64,000 nt of DNA from positions 65,162,001-65,226,000 of the forward strand of contig NC_134473.1 of assembly GCF_964194025.1 (NCBI RefSeq), in the 5' to 3' direction. Made by a program: the position numbers and the translations under genes. The notes under the pieces are model-generated. The model ran no database searches and was not told the origin of the DNA. It saw only the letters and a program-made list of their open reading frames with translations. How positions within the stretch are numbered: position 1 is the stretch's first letter; each line of letters begins with the position of its first letter. Origin of the DNA: Convolutriloba macropyga (Eukaryota). Positions 25,241 through 38,869 of this stretch are shown here, in pieces.

Positions 25241-27239
25241 GAAAAAAAAGTAGTGTCCTTATTAAAAAACATCAGTTAACACATAAGATTAGCAGAAAAA
25301 TTAATTTCTGATTTACCAGAAAATTGAGGTGGACTTTTTAAGTTACAAATTGACAGAAAGATGAACAAAACTGAAACTTTGAAAACACGCCCTCAATTTT
25401 GGAATGAAAAATTTTTGAGGCCATTACACTATTAGCGATCGATTGAAAGCATCAAATAAGTTCACTGACAACTCAATAGCAAGACAATTTGACCAAAAAA
25501 TGGTCAGATTAAATTTTGTGACTACAAAAGCATCCTCAAATACCGATAATGTCAGTAATAAGAAATATCCGACTATTGGTTTCTTCTATAAGCAATTCTC
25601 TTGATTAGAGAATGAGAGAAAAAAGTTGGCTGTTTTCGTTGTTTATTAGATCAATTTGGTTTAAAAACAGATGTTTCTAGTTGTTCGTTGGCAAATCATA
25701 TTCAAATTTGAAATCTTGCAAGAAATTTATAAGATTGTTACGAGAATCCACATTCAAAACGCACTTCGGAAAAAAAACAAATAGAATCAGTTTTGTTCAT
25801 CGAAATTCTTGCAAAAAAGCAATTCATTTGGTTTTCAACTAGTTTTTGCTTTCAAAAAACTCCGAAAAATTTCCAGAATTGAAAAACTTGAAAGATATTT
25901 GCTACATTTTGAGTCACAACTAAACATTTTTCCATGTATTTTGCATTTGTAATCTGTTTTGTGAACAGTAATTTGCTTCAAAGGTGCTTTCTAAAATAAT
26001 AGTGCCCTGATTTTTATCCGCCTGGATTGAAATCTTGCAAGATTCTTGCAAGAAACTTGTAAAGTTTTGAGTCATCTTGCAAGATTCTTGCAATTTTTAA
26101 ATTCACTCATCACTAGGGACTAAAGAAGTTCAATTTTAAATCTCTTAAATTTTAAAAGCTATTACATTTAAATTTTTTCAAGTTGACATCAGTTTACAAT
26201 TTACGGCTTTGAGACGCGATGAAAAGTTTATTAAAGTGACGGAAGTTATTATTAGCAAATTTTGATACATACAGGGAGTGGTTACTTTTATTTCTCATTT
26301 GTGAATTAAGTTTACTCAATTGTTAAATGAGATGAACCCGGGATCAGATGGGAGAATTATCAAAAAACCGGTTGATTCAGACAAAAATTGGTCAATATTA
26401 GAGGAACCAGTCGGAAACATATGGTCATGACTTGAATTTACTCGCAATAGCGCAAACTAAAGCAAAACGCGTCCTTTTGTGTTGACAATGAAGAACTGTG
26501 CGATGCTTTACGACCATGAACCGAAAATGTTACCATCCGAAAGTGTGTGGCTGCGATCAGACAAAGTCAGTTCATGGTGTAGAACTACAAACCGTGGGAG
26601 GGTACATCACGAACAATAATCGTCGGATCATATTTTGACCAGCTCACCCGGGAACTTCCAAAAATTGAGTCAAATCCTGTAAAATTGATTTACCGGACAT
26701 TGATCTCTGGTCATAACGGATATTCATACTGCTGGTAAAAGGCCTGCACACAGGATAACGACTAACCAAACAACTGGTTATTACTCGAATCACAATTTGG
26801 TTAGATATCGATATCTAGATAATTGTAATGCGTCAGATAAGTGTCCCTATTCAATTGAAGCATAAATAACTATTCATAATTTTATTGCCATTTAATGAGG
26901 AACAAAAACCAAACACACACATTTGGCAAAAATATCAGTTTGAACGTCCTCGAATTATTCCTAGTGATGTTTAGTATCCTTTTGTTATTAAATCCTTATT
27001 GTCCTTCTGTTTTTTGAGAGCTTTAAATGTCTTGAAAACATAATAGCAAACTATGACCTTAGTCTTATTAAAGGCCTAGCTTTGAACAATTCTCCTTAAT
27101 CATATGTCGCTGACCAATTGTAGGTTACTAAAAGGAGCAACGGAGTAAAAAGTTTCAATTATTATATTTTCAAAACAACATTTTTGGGAATATAGAGAAC
27201 ATTTTTTTAAAAATTGTACCATGCAGATTTATAAAATAA

Positions 27240-28010
27240 TTAAGAGAAATGCATGAAGTTTGATGAGCGTCTAAATTCAGAACAACAGTCTCAACAGAAG
27301 AAGAACTAAATTCTAGGTGACAGGTTCAATAATCAACGCACAGTAGACTGAAGAGTGATCGCAGGACGCCGTGATCAGTGTTCATTTGGTCCCGCATGAC
27401 ATGATCTGACGCAGTTTTGACAAAGTCTGATCATAAACAAGAAAAAACTCCTGGACAAGGCTTAATTAGACCCCGATCAGACCCTAAAACCTGGACCTCG
27501 TCTGACCATATCGGGAACTAAATTTAGTAACGAATTATTTAGTCCACCGCTTTCTTTTTTACTGAAAAAGAAGAAGAAATAAGTTATAATATTTTTTTCT
27601 CTAGCATTAACGAGAAGTGCTATTTTATTAAGATTTAAATTGAACAATAAACATTGAAACTGCATATTACATAACTTTCAATTGTTCGAATGTTTATTAT
27701 AAAAAGACTGAATCACGCTCTGGTCAAAATCGGGAGTATGCTCTGAACAGATTAAGATCTGTTTACACATAAATTGTACAATGTTTGTGTTTCAGAAAAA
27801 CCTCAAGCCAATTTGAGCTTCACGATGGTCTGTACAAAAGCCGATTCAATTTGGCTTGACATGTTTAGACAAAAGTATGGTAGCACCAAGGGCGCTTAAT
27901 TTCAAGGGTCGAACCAAAGTCACTGTGGACAGTCTAACAAACAAGTGAATAAAAGGATCCGTGACAAGCCAATAAAGCTTTTAGTCAAACTAGTTAAACA
28001 ATTTAAAACG
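27240..28010. repeat. Old repeat copy 1 (paralog of ~35825-36630)
   Basis: Colinear shared motifs AAGAGTGATCGCAGGA, TCATAAACAAGA, ATTTAGTAAC, GGTCAAAAT.GGGAGT, TTTGAGCTTC and TGGTAGCAC. Confidence 0.7.
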
Positions 28011-28096
28011 CCTAAATATGAACAATGTACTAATCTTGCGTCACTAGAACATTTTGAAAGATGACTGGGTTGTCGTCCTAGATTTCTTGAGCAATG

Positions 28097-28875
28097 TGTA
28101 ACGGCTGCTCTCCTTGTGTTTCACAAACAAAGTTTTACACCGCCCAGTTCGTTCTGAGTGGTTACAAAATCTGTCCGGATACTTCGTTTATGCAGTTCGC
28201 TTTTGTAACTGTATATCCGCTCTGCTGTACTTACCGTTGCATTATCTATTTTAGTTCGTAACTATTCGCTGATCTTAGGTTTTTCAACTATCAATTTGAA
28301 CTGGATTGCTACAGATCACACAATACGGGATCTCTTTATGTATACCAGTTCAATTCGATAGAAAAAACAAATCGAAGACAAAGATATATGTCTAAGACCT
28401 GTTTGTGCAAAAATAATTAAATTTAAACCTAAGTTGGCTTTTGCTGTTTGTACTCACAAGTTGAGAATACCAGAAGTTGGGGTTGTAACAGTTGAATTTC
28501 AGCTCCAATAATTCGTTGATGCAAGACACAGTAACCGAATTTACTGCTCAAGAATAATATTTTGAATACAAGACACAGTAATAATTTACTGCTCAGGAGT
28601 ATTTCTAGTTCAAGACACAGTAACACGTTATTTACTGCTCAAGACAATTTGTTTTGCAACATTTTGCTGAGTTATACTTTAAGCCGTTTTCTGCGGCTGC
28701 TACGTTGAGTTCTGTGTGTTGCTTTTTGTTATTTTCCCCTTTTCTCTTTTTTCTCACGTGACAAACTGTAGCTAGAACTAGAACCATAACTATAACTATT
28801 AAATGACTAGGACAAAAGAAAGTGTTTTGTTTCTATTTTCCCGCCTACACAAGCTTAGCGAGCTCAGCTCCAAAA
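28097..28875 (-). repeat. 3' LTR of the BEL element; contains ~45-bp internal tandem repeats (CAAGACACAGTAA...ATTTACTGCTCA)
   Basis: Matches 34835-35613 with roughly 25-30 substitutions by eye (~96.5%). The terminal ...AACA is mutated to ...AAAA. Confidence 0.95.
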
Positions 28876-28899
28876 TCACCGGCCCTGTTTTCCTTCGTG

Positions 28900-31800
28900 A
28901 AAACATCTTCGTCCATTGATAATACTGGAGCGAGCTTCACCACAGGCCTCTTGTAGACTCCATCTTTTGTTTGAATCGTTGCTGATCAAATTGTTCGGTC
29001 AGAACCCTCCATATTTTTTGTTACTCGACCAAGTTTGTAATATCCTCGTTTATCACTGTCTTCGACCAACCAAACGAGATCACCTTTGTTCAGAATTCTG
29101 TTTGATTCACAATTCCATTTTTGTCGATTGTTCAATGTTGGCAGATACTCTTTTTTGAATCTATCCCAGATGAGATCGGAGTACGCTTGTGTTTGTCGGA
29201 AGAGCTTTCTATGATTAACAAACTCTTCTGCGCATGGTAGGTATGGTAAACAAACATTTTTGTTGCCAAGCAGCAAGTGGTTTGGAGTAATAGATTCGAA
29301 ATCATTTACATCCGAACTGACTGGTGTCAAGGGTCTTGCATTCAACGTCTGCTCAACAAGACACATTGTTGTTGAAAGAACATCCTCCGTGACTGATCGA
29401 TGTCCCAGCACTGCGTACATTGCCTTCTTGCAACTCCTAACCAGTCTTTCCCACATTCCTCCAAAGTGTGGTGCTGCAGGTGGGTTGAACTTCCATCTGA
29501 TACCTTGTTGAATCAGATGTTCTTCAATTCGCACCTTGTTCCATGCTGCTATATGCTCTGCCAATTCTCTTTCACCTCCAACGAAGTTTGTCCCGTTATC
29601 GCTAATCATTTTGACCGGTTTGCCTCTTCGTGCAATGAATCGCATAATTGCGTTCAGACAACAATCAGTGTCTAGTTTTGGTACAATCTCTATATGTACC
29701 GCACGTACAGTAAGGCATGTGAATAGAAAGCACCAACGCTTTTTGTTTCTTTGACCAATCTTTACTGTGAATGGTCCAAAATAGTCTACGCCGACATTCG
29801 AGAACACTGTTGATGCGACTAATCGTTCTTCAGGTAGATCTGCCATGACTGGTTCCTTTGTTTGGGCTCTTCCTTTCGACATCTAATGCATTTGTTTTTG
29901 ATCGATCTCAAAGCATTTCGTATGCCTAGGATCCAGAATTTCTGCTGAACTATGTTTCTGACATGTTCAGTACCTTCGTGATGATTATTCTTATGTTCAT
30001 TTTGCAAGAATAATTCAACTACATGGTGCTTCCAATGTAATAGTATTGGATGCTTGGTTTCGAAGTTCAATTGACTTTTACCTATTCTGCCCTGGGCACG
30101 AATAAGTCCTGGCTGGTCAAATTTTGCTGTATTTTGGAATTTCCTTTTCAGCCTTGAGAGATTTCATCTCTTCAGCAAACTGTTCTCGCTGCAGTAGTCT
30201 GAAGATGCTTGCTTGTGACCCTCTCTTTCTTCAGCACTTAGTGTTTTTGTTGCCGGTTTGTGTTTTCTAAATACGCGCTGTACGTATGCCATTGTATTTA
30301 CAAGTCGATTGAAATTGCTGAATCGTTCCCACTAAACCATCAGCTTCTTCTCTTTAACCTTTGCTGAGAACACCATTTCGTCGTTTTGTTCGTCTGAAGC
30401 AAACGTAAAATTCAACTGTTCAGGCCATTCGTTCTCTCGTTGCTTCAACCAGGCCAACCCAGTGAGCCATTCACTTCTCTTACGTTCGTCAACATTGATC
30501 GCTCGTGTCCCGATGTCAGCTGGATTGTTAATACCACTCACATGATTCCACTGTGAAACATTAGTTGTGTCCAAAATCTCAGCCACTCTGTTTGCAACAA
30601 ACACCTGTTGCTTACGGTGGGAGCTATGAATCCATTGCAGAACAGTAGTTGAGTCTGACCAAAAGTTGCAACTCTGAATCTTCGATTAGTGTTCCTTCAC
30701 TATCTGTTCATTAAGTCTCACCGCCATCACTGCTGCTTGTAGTTCCAAGCGTGGTATGGAAAGGTGTCGCATTGGTGCGACTCGGCACCTTCCGATTACA
30801 AATGCTATGTCTGCTGAGTATTATTTGGGCTTTGAATGTAGGTATGCCACAGTGCACATTGTGTCTTCAGATGCGTCGGCAAACACATGAAGTCCCCATT
30901 TGTCCTTGGCTGTGCTGAAGTATCTTCTATCAATGCTGGTTTCTGCTACTTCTGGAAGCTGCGCCTTCCACTTCAGAAACTCTTCTTCATCGTTAGGTTC
31001 TACTGAGTTGTCCCAATGTTGTCCATTTTTGGTCCAAATGCTCTTCAGGAGTCGTCTCATATGGACACTGAATGGTGCAAACAGTCCAAGAGGATCAAAC
31101 ACTGAAGAAGCTAGAGATAAGATCTTCCTTTGGGTGATTGGGGTCTCAACTTCTTTGCTTGTACCTCTACAAACCTGTAGACTATCATCGGTAATCGTCC
31201 ACTGAAGCCCAAGCACCGATGACCCTTCCTGGCTGGGTTCTACTTCAATCTGCTTTGTTTTGCTGATTGATCTTAAGTCCTTTGGGATTGCGTTGGTTAC
31301 CACGTCGCTGTTGGTGATCCACTTCTTCAGTTCAAATCCATGTTTTGAGAGAAGAGGTTGCAGTTGTTTGAAAACTTTGATTGCTTCTTCAGGTGTTTCG
31401 ACTGACCTGATGAAATCGTCCATGTAGAAGTTATTTTGGATTGTTTTTGCTGCAATTGGGAACTCGTCTTCGTTATCGATCGCTACTCGCTTCAGAGCGT
31501 AGTTGGCACATGTTGGTGAACTCTTTGCTCCGAAAACATGACGTTGATACTCGTAAATTTGCACAGGTTTGTTCACTGTTGGTCGCCACAGGAATCTCAA
31601 GCAGCTTTTATCCCGTTCAGCAACTAGCACTTGCAGAAACATTGATTCAATATCTGCGGTTAGGGCAATTGGTCCTTCTCGAAATCTGAATATTGTTCCG
31701 ATCAAACCGGGTAGTAGATCGGGTCCGGCTAACAGCTTGTCATTTAGGCATACATCCTTGTATTTTTCTGCAGCGTTGCAAACACGGCGAACTTTACCCG

Positions 31801-34616
31801 GTTTATTGGGGTTTAGTACTGGATGGTGTGGAAAATACCATTCTTTTCCGAAAGTGCCTTTGACTTCCCATATACCAAGGATCTTCACAAACCCCTTTTC
31901 AACATCTGTATCAATTGACTGTTGATACAATTCTTTTAAATTTGGGTCTCGTTGGAACCTTCGTTCCAGTGAGTAGAGCTGACCAATGGCTGAGCCGTAG
32001 TTGTTTGGGAGATTGGGTTCTGGTTCACTCCAGAGCATGCCCACTTCGTACCGCTCGCCTGTAAACTTTGTCGTGCTCTCTAGAATTTTCTGAGCTTGCT
32101 GCTCTTTCTTTGATTGACTTACAACATTTATTTTGCAAGCATAGGTTTCTATGTCCCACCAAGATTGGATTTTTTCTGCCACTTTCACATCTTCTGTGAA
32201 GGCAAAATGACAAACATTTTGACTTTTCTTGCCTGTCATGGGACCACTGACTACCAATCCTAATTCTGTTAAGACGGCGAAAGGCTCACTTCGTGTTCCA
32301 ATCTTATAGTCCAATGGACGTTGAATTTCGTAGGCATCTTGTCCAAGTATGATGCCTATTCCATCAGGTTGAATGTTCTGTTAGTGAGAACATTCAGGTG
32401 TCTGAATTTGTTCTTCAGTTCCTTGTTGTCTTATGTTGTGTTTCCCAACGAGATTGATGGGTGTGCAAAAGCTTCAATCGAATGCACCTTTGAATGTAGT
32501 CCTTTTATTGTGATAGGAACCTTCTCTGTCCTCAAATCTTGCGTCCCATGTATGCCAGCTATGTTTAAGGTAACGTCCGTGCCTTTGGCTTGTAGTTGAT
32601 CCTTAACACTTTGATCGATGAAAGATACTGTTGAACCACTATCGAGGAAAGCGTAGGTCGTCAACCTGTTACCAACACTCTGAACCGATACCGGAACTAT
32701 TTGAAGAAAACTAGTAACTTGGTTACTCTGGTTGATTGTTGCTGCGCTAACGTTAACTGCGTGACTACCCTCGTCCATTTGGTTTTCTTAGTGTAGCAGT
32801 CTGTTGTGCCTTTTGGTAAATCCATTTATACCGCACGGGCGGACTTTACAATCTTTGATTGCATGCCCTTTCCCCAGACATCCATAACATAAGCGTTCTT
32901 TCCTCACTTCCACGTATCGATCATTCACACTCATGTTTTTGAATGACGGACAGTTCCAAATTTTATGAGTGCCATCGGCTAATGGACACTGATCGCTTTG
33001 CGTTTGCTTGGTTTCTTGCAGGTTTGAACTTGCACTGAAGTTCGATGTCTTCGAGAATTGTTTTTCTCTATTTTTGTTGCGTCTGTCTTCTTCTTTGCGT
33101 TCCCTTTAAACGCTGAAAACCCTTCATGCACGAATGCCATTCGTGATAGCCATTTTTCAAACATGATTAGATCAGGCCAGTCCTCGTCTTTGTCATCGAC
33201 GTAGAACCACCATTTTTCTTTAAGAACCTGTGGTAGCTTATCAACCGCCATGTACAATGTCGAACTTGATCGCAAATCACCAATATGTTTGTACTCTTTA
33301 AGTACGTTCACGAAGTTAGATACAATAACAGAAAAATTAATCAGGCTGGTTGAATTATGAGGTTTCACTTGATTAGCTTTTCGTAGGCTCTCGAGCTGCG
33401 CATCTATAGTTACATGCGGTCTTCCAAATGTTCTATCTAAAATGTTCCAGGCAGCACTATAAAACTGTCCAGAATAGCCCATTCACGAGGTTGCAGATTT
33501 TGCTTTGCCTGTTATTAGAGTCTTCAAATGGTTCATTTTTTCTGAGTCGGGAATCGTGCGTTTATCTACTGTTGCTATGAACATGCTAGACCACTCAGGC
33601 CACTCCAGCGGGTTTCCGTCAAAATTTTTCAACCTCAATTTTGGTATACTACCGCTTGAATGTCCAGTGTTGTAGTGCCCTCCAGCTGTCGGCGATATAT
33701 CCCGCTCTTCAGCACTTACTGAGCGTTCACGAGAGTTTGGGTACCATGGGTAATGCCTATGCTTGTTTCGTTCAGGGCTGACGTTGAAGCGAGCTCTTGG
33801 TCGAATTGGTGTTTGCGTGTCGTTCATCGAATTCGCCCACTCCGAGACATCTCTCCATTTTGGGGTCCAATTGAAAGGTGACTTGTCACTTGCCTTAGTC
33901 GATTGAGAACGTAAGTCATCTTTCTCCAATGCTGTTCTTTGCAATTGGCGCTCTAGGTCTCGCTCCTTTTGCCGAAGCTGATGCTGCTTCTCTAGTTCTT
34001 TCATTTGCATTTCTAGCTCCATCCTCTTTCGATCAAACTGGGCTCGTTCAATTTGCAACTTTCTTTCAAATTCAATTGCAAATTCCTTTTTTCGTTCTTC
34101 AACCCGACGTTTCACTGAAGATGTTTCCGAAACGTTTTCTGTATCCTGACTGATTGTCTGCACGATTCGTGCAACCGTATTCGTCGTTGCATAGCTTGTG
34201 CTATCATGGTTTTGGTTAAACTCTGGAATTCCAACCTTTTGTTCTATCTGATGCACATTATTCGCAGGCGGTTGCTCTCCATTGGCATGAAGAGTTGACT
34301 GACTTTGCTGGCTTGACATGTTTGTCTCTCCGTGGATATACGGTAACCACTCTGCGTTCAAATATTGAAAGAATTTTTCTGTCTCAAGTTTGCGTTTTAA
34401 AGAAATATTTGGGTCTCGGAGAGTCTCAGCTTTCTTATTCACGAGTTTTTGAACGCTGTCGTCCAATTGCAGTATCTGCTGATAAAGAGTCTTGAGCTTG
34501 CTTGGTCGATCTTGATTCTTAATGAGCTCAAAACCTTCTTCCTGTTTCTCAATCCAGTTGTTTCGCAAGTTGTTGATCTGACGATCCAAAATGCTTTGAC
34601 TCTGTGACGGAGTCAC
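28900..34616 (-). pseudogene. BEL/Pao gag-pol polyprotein, fragmented
   Basis: IPKLRLKNFDGNPLEW (DUF1759-type gag), three zinc knuckles at ~32790-33000, AFLDSGSTVSFI (PR), FYMDDFI (RT), LHVFADAS and NPADIGTR (Pao RH region), HHEG...C..C, GVDYFGP, SDNGTNF, GGMWERLV (IN). Many stops and frameshifts. Confidence 0.93.
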
Positions 34617-34834
34617 TTCTTGTGTACTTCGGGACTGCAGCTTGAATCTCTACAGCTCCTTTGTTTGTTTGCTTTAATTGAGTTATGTTTTTCAAAGTTC
34701 CTATCTGCTTTGCCTAATTGGCTTTGCGTTGTTGAAATGCTCGTTGAGTTTTGTTCTCGTTCGTCGATGACTTCGTCACTTCGACTGTTGGGTTGGACAG
34801 CAGTTTATTCCACTGTCCGGGTTGGCGGACCAAA

Positions 34835-35613
34835 TGTAACAGCTGCTCTCCTTGTGTTTCACAAAGAAAGTTTTACACCGCCCAGTTCGTTCTGAGTGGT
34901 TACAAAATCTGTCCGGATACTTCGTTTATGCAGTTCGCTTTTGTAACTGTATATCCGCTCTGCTGTACTTACCGTTGCATTAACTATTTTAGTTCGTAAT
35001 TATTCGCTAATCTTAGTTTTTTCAACTATCAATTTGAACTGGATTGCTACAGATCACACAATACGGGATCTCTTTATGTATACCAGTTCAATCCGATAGA
35101 AAAAACAAATCGAAGACAAAGACATATGTCTAATACCTAATTGTGCAAAAATATTTAAATTTAAACCTAAGCTGGCTTTTGCTGTTTGTAAACACAAGTT
35201 GAGAATACCAGAAGTTGGGGTTGTAACAGTTGAATTTCAGCTCCAATAATTTGTTGATGCAAGACACAGTAACCGAATTTACTGCTCAAGAATAATATTT
35301 TGAATACAAGACACAGTAACAATTTACTGCTCAGGAATATTTCTAGTTCAAGACACAGTAACACGTTATTTACTGCTCAAGACAGTTTGTTTTGCAATAT
35401 TTTGCTGAGTTATACTCTAAGCCGTTTTCTGCGGCTGCTACGTTGAGTTCTGTGTGTTGCTTTTTGTTATTTTCCCCTTTTCTCTTTTTTCTCACGTGAC
35501 AAACTGTAGCTAGAACTAGAACTATAACTATTACTATTAAATGTCTAGGACAAAAGAAAGTGTTTTGTTTCTATTTTCCCGCCTACACAAGCTTAGCAAG
35601 CTCAGCTCCAACA
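34835..35613 (-). repeat. 5' LTR of the BEL element (779 bp)
   Basis: TGT...ACA ends; PBS adjacent at 34816-34832. Confidence 0.95.
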
Positions 35614-35824
35614 CAATGCTCTAATCATATAACGCTATTTTAAAACAATATATAGCTATTTTAAAGTGAATTACAATGTTATTATCCTTTTGTATCGTTA
35701 ATGTAGAGTAAAAGTAAAGCAAGTGAAATGAAATTATGAAACTTTTGTTATTAAATTCTCAAATTTTTTGGCAATATTTAGAGTGTCATTTTTTCAGATT
35801 GCGCCTTAAAGACATGTGAAATGT

Positions 35825-36630
35825 TCGAGAGAAATGATATTGGTTTGGTAAGCGCCTTAACAGACTCACCAAGAATGGATCCAAAAAGTTGATGACAAGC
35901 CTGATAAAGGACGCAGAATAGTCCTAAGAGTGATCGCAGGATATTGTGATCAGAGTTCAATTCGCTCTGGCTTGATCTGATTATACTTAAAAGTTTCGAC
36001 ATAGTCTGGTCATAAACAAGAGAAAATTCAAGACAACGATTGTTCAAAAATGGGGACATTTGTTCAGAAATTTCTGATCAGAACAGAAAATCTGGACTTC
36101 GTCGGTCCATATGGGGAACTATATTTAGTAACCAATTTTTTTACTCTGATTTTGCTTTCTGAAAAACAAAATTAAAAGCAGTTCTAAAAATATTATAAAA
36201 CCTTTTTGTCCTTACATTAACGAGACCTGTTATCTATTTAAGACCTAATTTGAACTGTAAACGATGAAACTGTACATTAAACAACTTGCAAGGATTTTAG
36301 ATATTTACTTGAAAAAAGGCTGGGCCACGCACCGGTCAAAATTGGGAGTGTGCTCTAAACAGAGTGAGCGCTGTTTACAAAAACATTGCACAATATATTT
36401 GCATTTCAGAGAAACTTGACAACAGTTTGAGCTTCGCAAAGGTCTGTACAATAACCTCTTCCGTATGGCTTGATATTTTTAGGGAATAATTTGGTAGCAC
36501 TGAAAGATTTTATAATTTCAAGCGTCGAAAGAAAATTTGAGAGGAGGCTGAATCAAAAGTCTGTATAATAAAATCTTTGAAAATCCATTAAAGCTGTTTA
36601 AAAAACAGAGTTAAACCTTTATAAACGCTG
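35825..36630. repeat. Old repeat copy 2 (paralog of ~27240-28010)
   Basis: Same colinear motifs as copy 1. Confidence 0.7.
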
Positions 36631-38578
36631 TTCTTTGTCTTTAAACGGAAAGCTTTTAAATATTGAAAACAATACGTCGATTGGAGTTAAATCAACACTA
36701 CCTTCGCCTAAAGAAAACACTACCTAAAGCCTAATGAAAACTATAAAGACATCAAAACAGATGTGTATGTGTTTGACTGGCACAGCACTAATATTTCTGG
36801 GTTTTGTTTCAGATATATTAATAGTCCATAACAGTTGGCTTCGTTCCTTAAATTTTGTATTAGAACAATATATAAGTAAAACAAGACTCTATCTAATATT
36901 TATCCGACAAAAAGGAGCAATTTAGCACATGCTTTTACTTTATTTTGGTTTTTGCGGGCCATTATATAAATATGATCTATAATTCATGTAAAACCATAAG
37001 TCTAAAATTATGAGATGAGTTCGTATATTGCATTAAAAACAAACCGATAATAGAGTACATTAATTTCTTACAAAACTGAATCACATCAATCTTTTGCAGA
37101 TAAAAGCTTGTCGAGATAAAATCAGAAACAAATTTCTGATAAGCACAAAAAGCAAGAAAATTATGCAGAATTTCGAAACAGAGACCAAAAGAGGCCGAAC
37201 TAGCTTATTTAGTTTATTGCACTTGGTTATGAAAAAATTTTCGAATTCATTTTGCCTATGAACAAAAATGCCTCAAAGATTCTGCGACTAGCAACAAAAA
37301 ATATCACAACAATTGCATAAAAAGTTTAATAAAAGTTTGAAACAAAAAAAAACAATTCGTAAGCGTACACTTATTTATTGGGATGAGTGAAAAAAACACT
37401 TGTGCCAAAAAATTTTTTATAGTCAGAAGTAAGAGACAGTTTTGAAGGAACCCCATCTAAACAAAAGATTTTTTTCGCCTCGCGAAAACATTACACTTTT
37501 TCTCACTCTACTTAAAAAATGCAGCTCATTTTCTTCTTTTGATTTTTGGTTTTGCAGATAAACACTAAAAAACTATTTTCTTAAAATGGATAGCGCCTAT
37601 AAATTAACCATTTGAGTAGCGGTTGGTGGCTACCAAAACGGGTAGTTGGTAAGTTGGAATGAAACAATCAGTTTTTTGAAAAAAAGCCGATGTCAATTCT
37701 TTTTGTTTTGATTTTAGTTGAGGCTAAGATTGTTTTTACTGTAACTTTGAAAATCAATACAGAATAGAGTTGCAAAGAGCAAGTGATATGCATAAACACA
37801 TAACTTTCACTCTCCGCCACAACAACTTTTCAAATGCAGTAATTTAAGCGTATTAAATAAGAACGTGTTTGTTAATCAAAACCAAGACTAAGACATACTG
37901 AATCTTTTCCATTTGTCCCCCCCCCCCAATTACGGTATAAGCCCTTAAGGGGCAGAGTAGGTGCCATTTGTCAACTCGTTCTGTATTGCACGTGATATGT
38001 GGGAGGAGTGGGAGGGTGCAAATAACATGCACCAGCTAAGCTGTGATCAGAAATTGAAAGATCGGACATATTGAATTTGTAATTAAAAATTTGGAAAACA
38101 GAGTCCAAGCTCTAGAAGCAGAACGACAGCATAAAAGAGTTTCAAATGTTCAAATTGAAACTGTTAGCGGTAGTTCTTAGTTCTTAAAATTTTCCCTTTT
38201 TCCGATTTTCCCTCAAAACAAGCTGAATCAACTGACGTGAGTAAGAAACATATTTTTCGAATTTAAAATTTAGTTTAATGGCTAATTTGTTGAACTATCT
38301 AAAAGTTATAAGATAAAGTATAAGGATATATATGAAAATAGTATAAATGAAATTTAAGAACTGTTTACCCCCCCCCCCCCCACTCCCACTTCGGTGGAAT
38401 ATTTAAAAAAAATATTATTGACAGGATCACACCTTAGTGATACGGACTAATTCTAATATCTAGATCTAATTAACTATCTTATTAGCACTAAAATAGAATT
38501 AATTTGTTCACTCAGGATTTGAAAAAAAAATATTGTCCGCATGGGGAAAGGAAACAGCTCCGAAATTTGATATTTTTG

Positions 38579-38811
38579 CGGTCTTTCCAATTATAACCCA
38601 CCCCCCCCCCCCCCCCCAGCTTAGTGGTCAGATAACCTATAGCCTAATTATACCATAATGGGGGGGGGCTATATTTTCATGGGGGGGGGGGCTATAATGG
38701 GATACACCCTATAACGGTATATATTTACAGTATTGGGGGGGGGGGGGGGGGTGAGTTAAACGTCATTATGTTGCATGATCTCTAAGCTAGGGAGTGTAAT
38801 GGAAAAGACCC
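38579..38811. mobile_element. ~233-bp MITE with poly-G/C tracts and 9-bp TSD (MULE/Merlin-like), in the cathepsin Z 3' region
   Basis: TIRs (C)GGTCTTTCCAATTATA and TGTAATGGAAAAGACCC. Flanks ATATTTTTG and ATATTTGTG (8/9 match). Confidence 0.7.
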
Positions 38812-38869
38812 ATATTTGTGCTGTGAGTTCTCTAAATAGGTAGACAAATTTCCTCTTCATCGATGACAT

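Larger units (their letters stand above)
28097..35613 (-). mobile_element. Full-length BEL/Pao LTR retrotransposon, ORF disrupted
   Basis: Two 779-bp LTRs and a 5-bp TSD CAATG (28092-28096, 35614-35618). PBS TGGTCCGCCAACCCGGA; PPT-like GGAAAACAGGGCCGGTGA. BEL-type gag-PR-RT-RH-IN. Confidence 0.97.

Noticed and set aside
28429-28626. Duplicated 65-aa hydrophobic ORFs (also 35167-35364)
   Set aside because: They lie in the BEL LTR internal tandem repeats and have no evidence of being genes.
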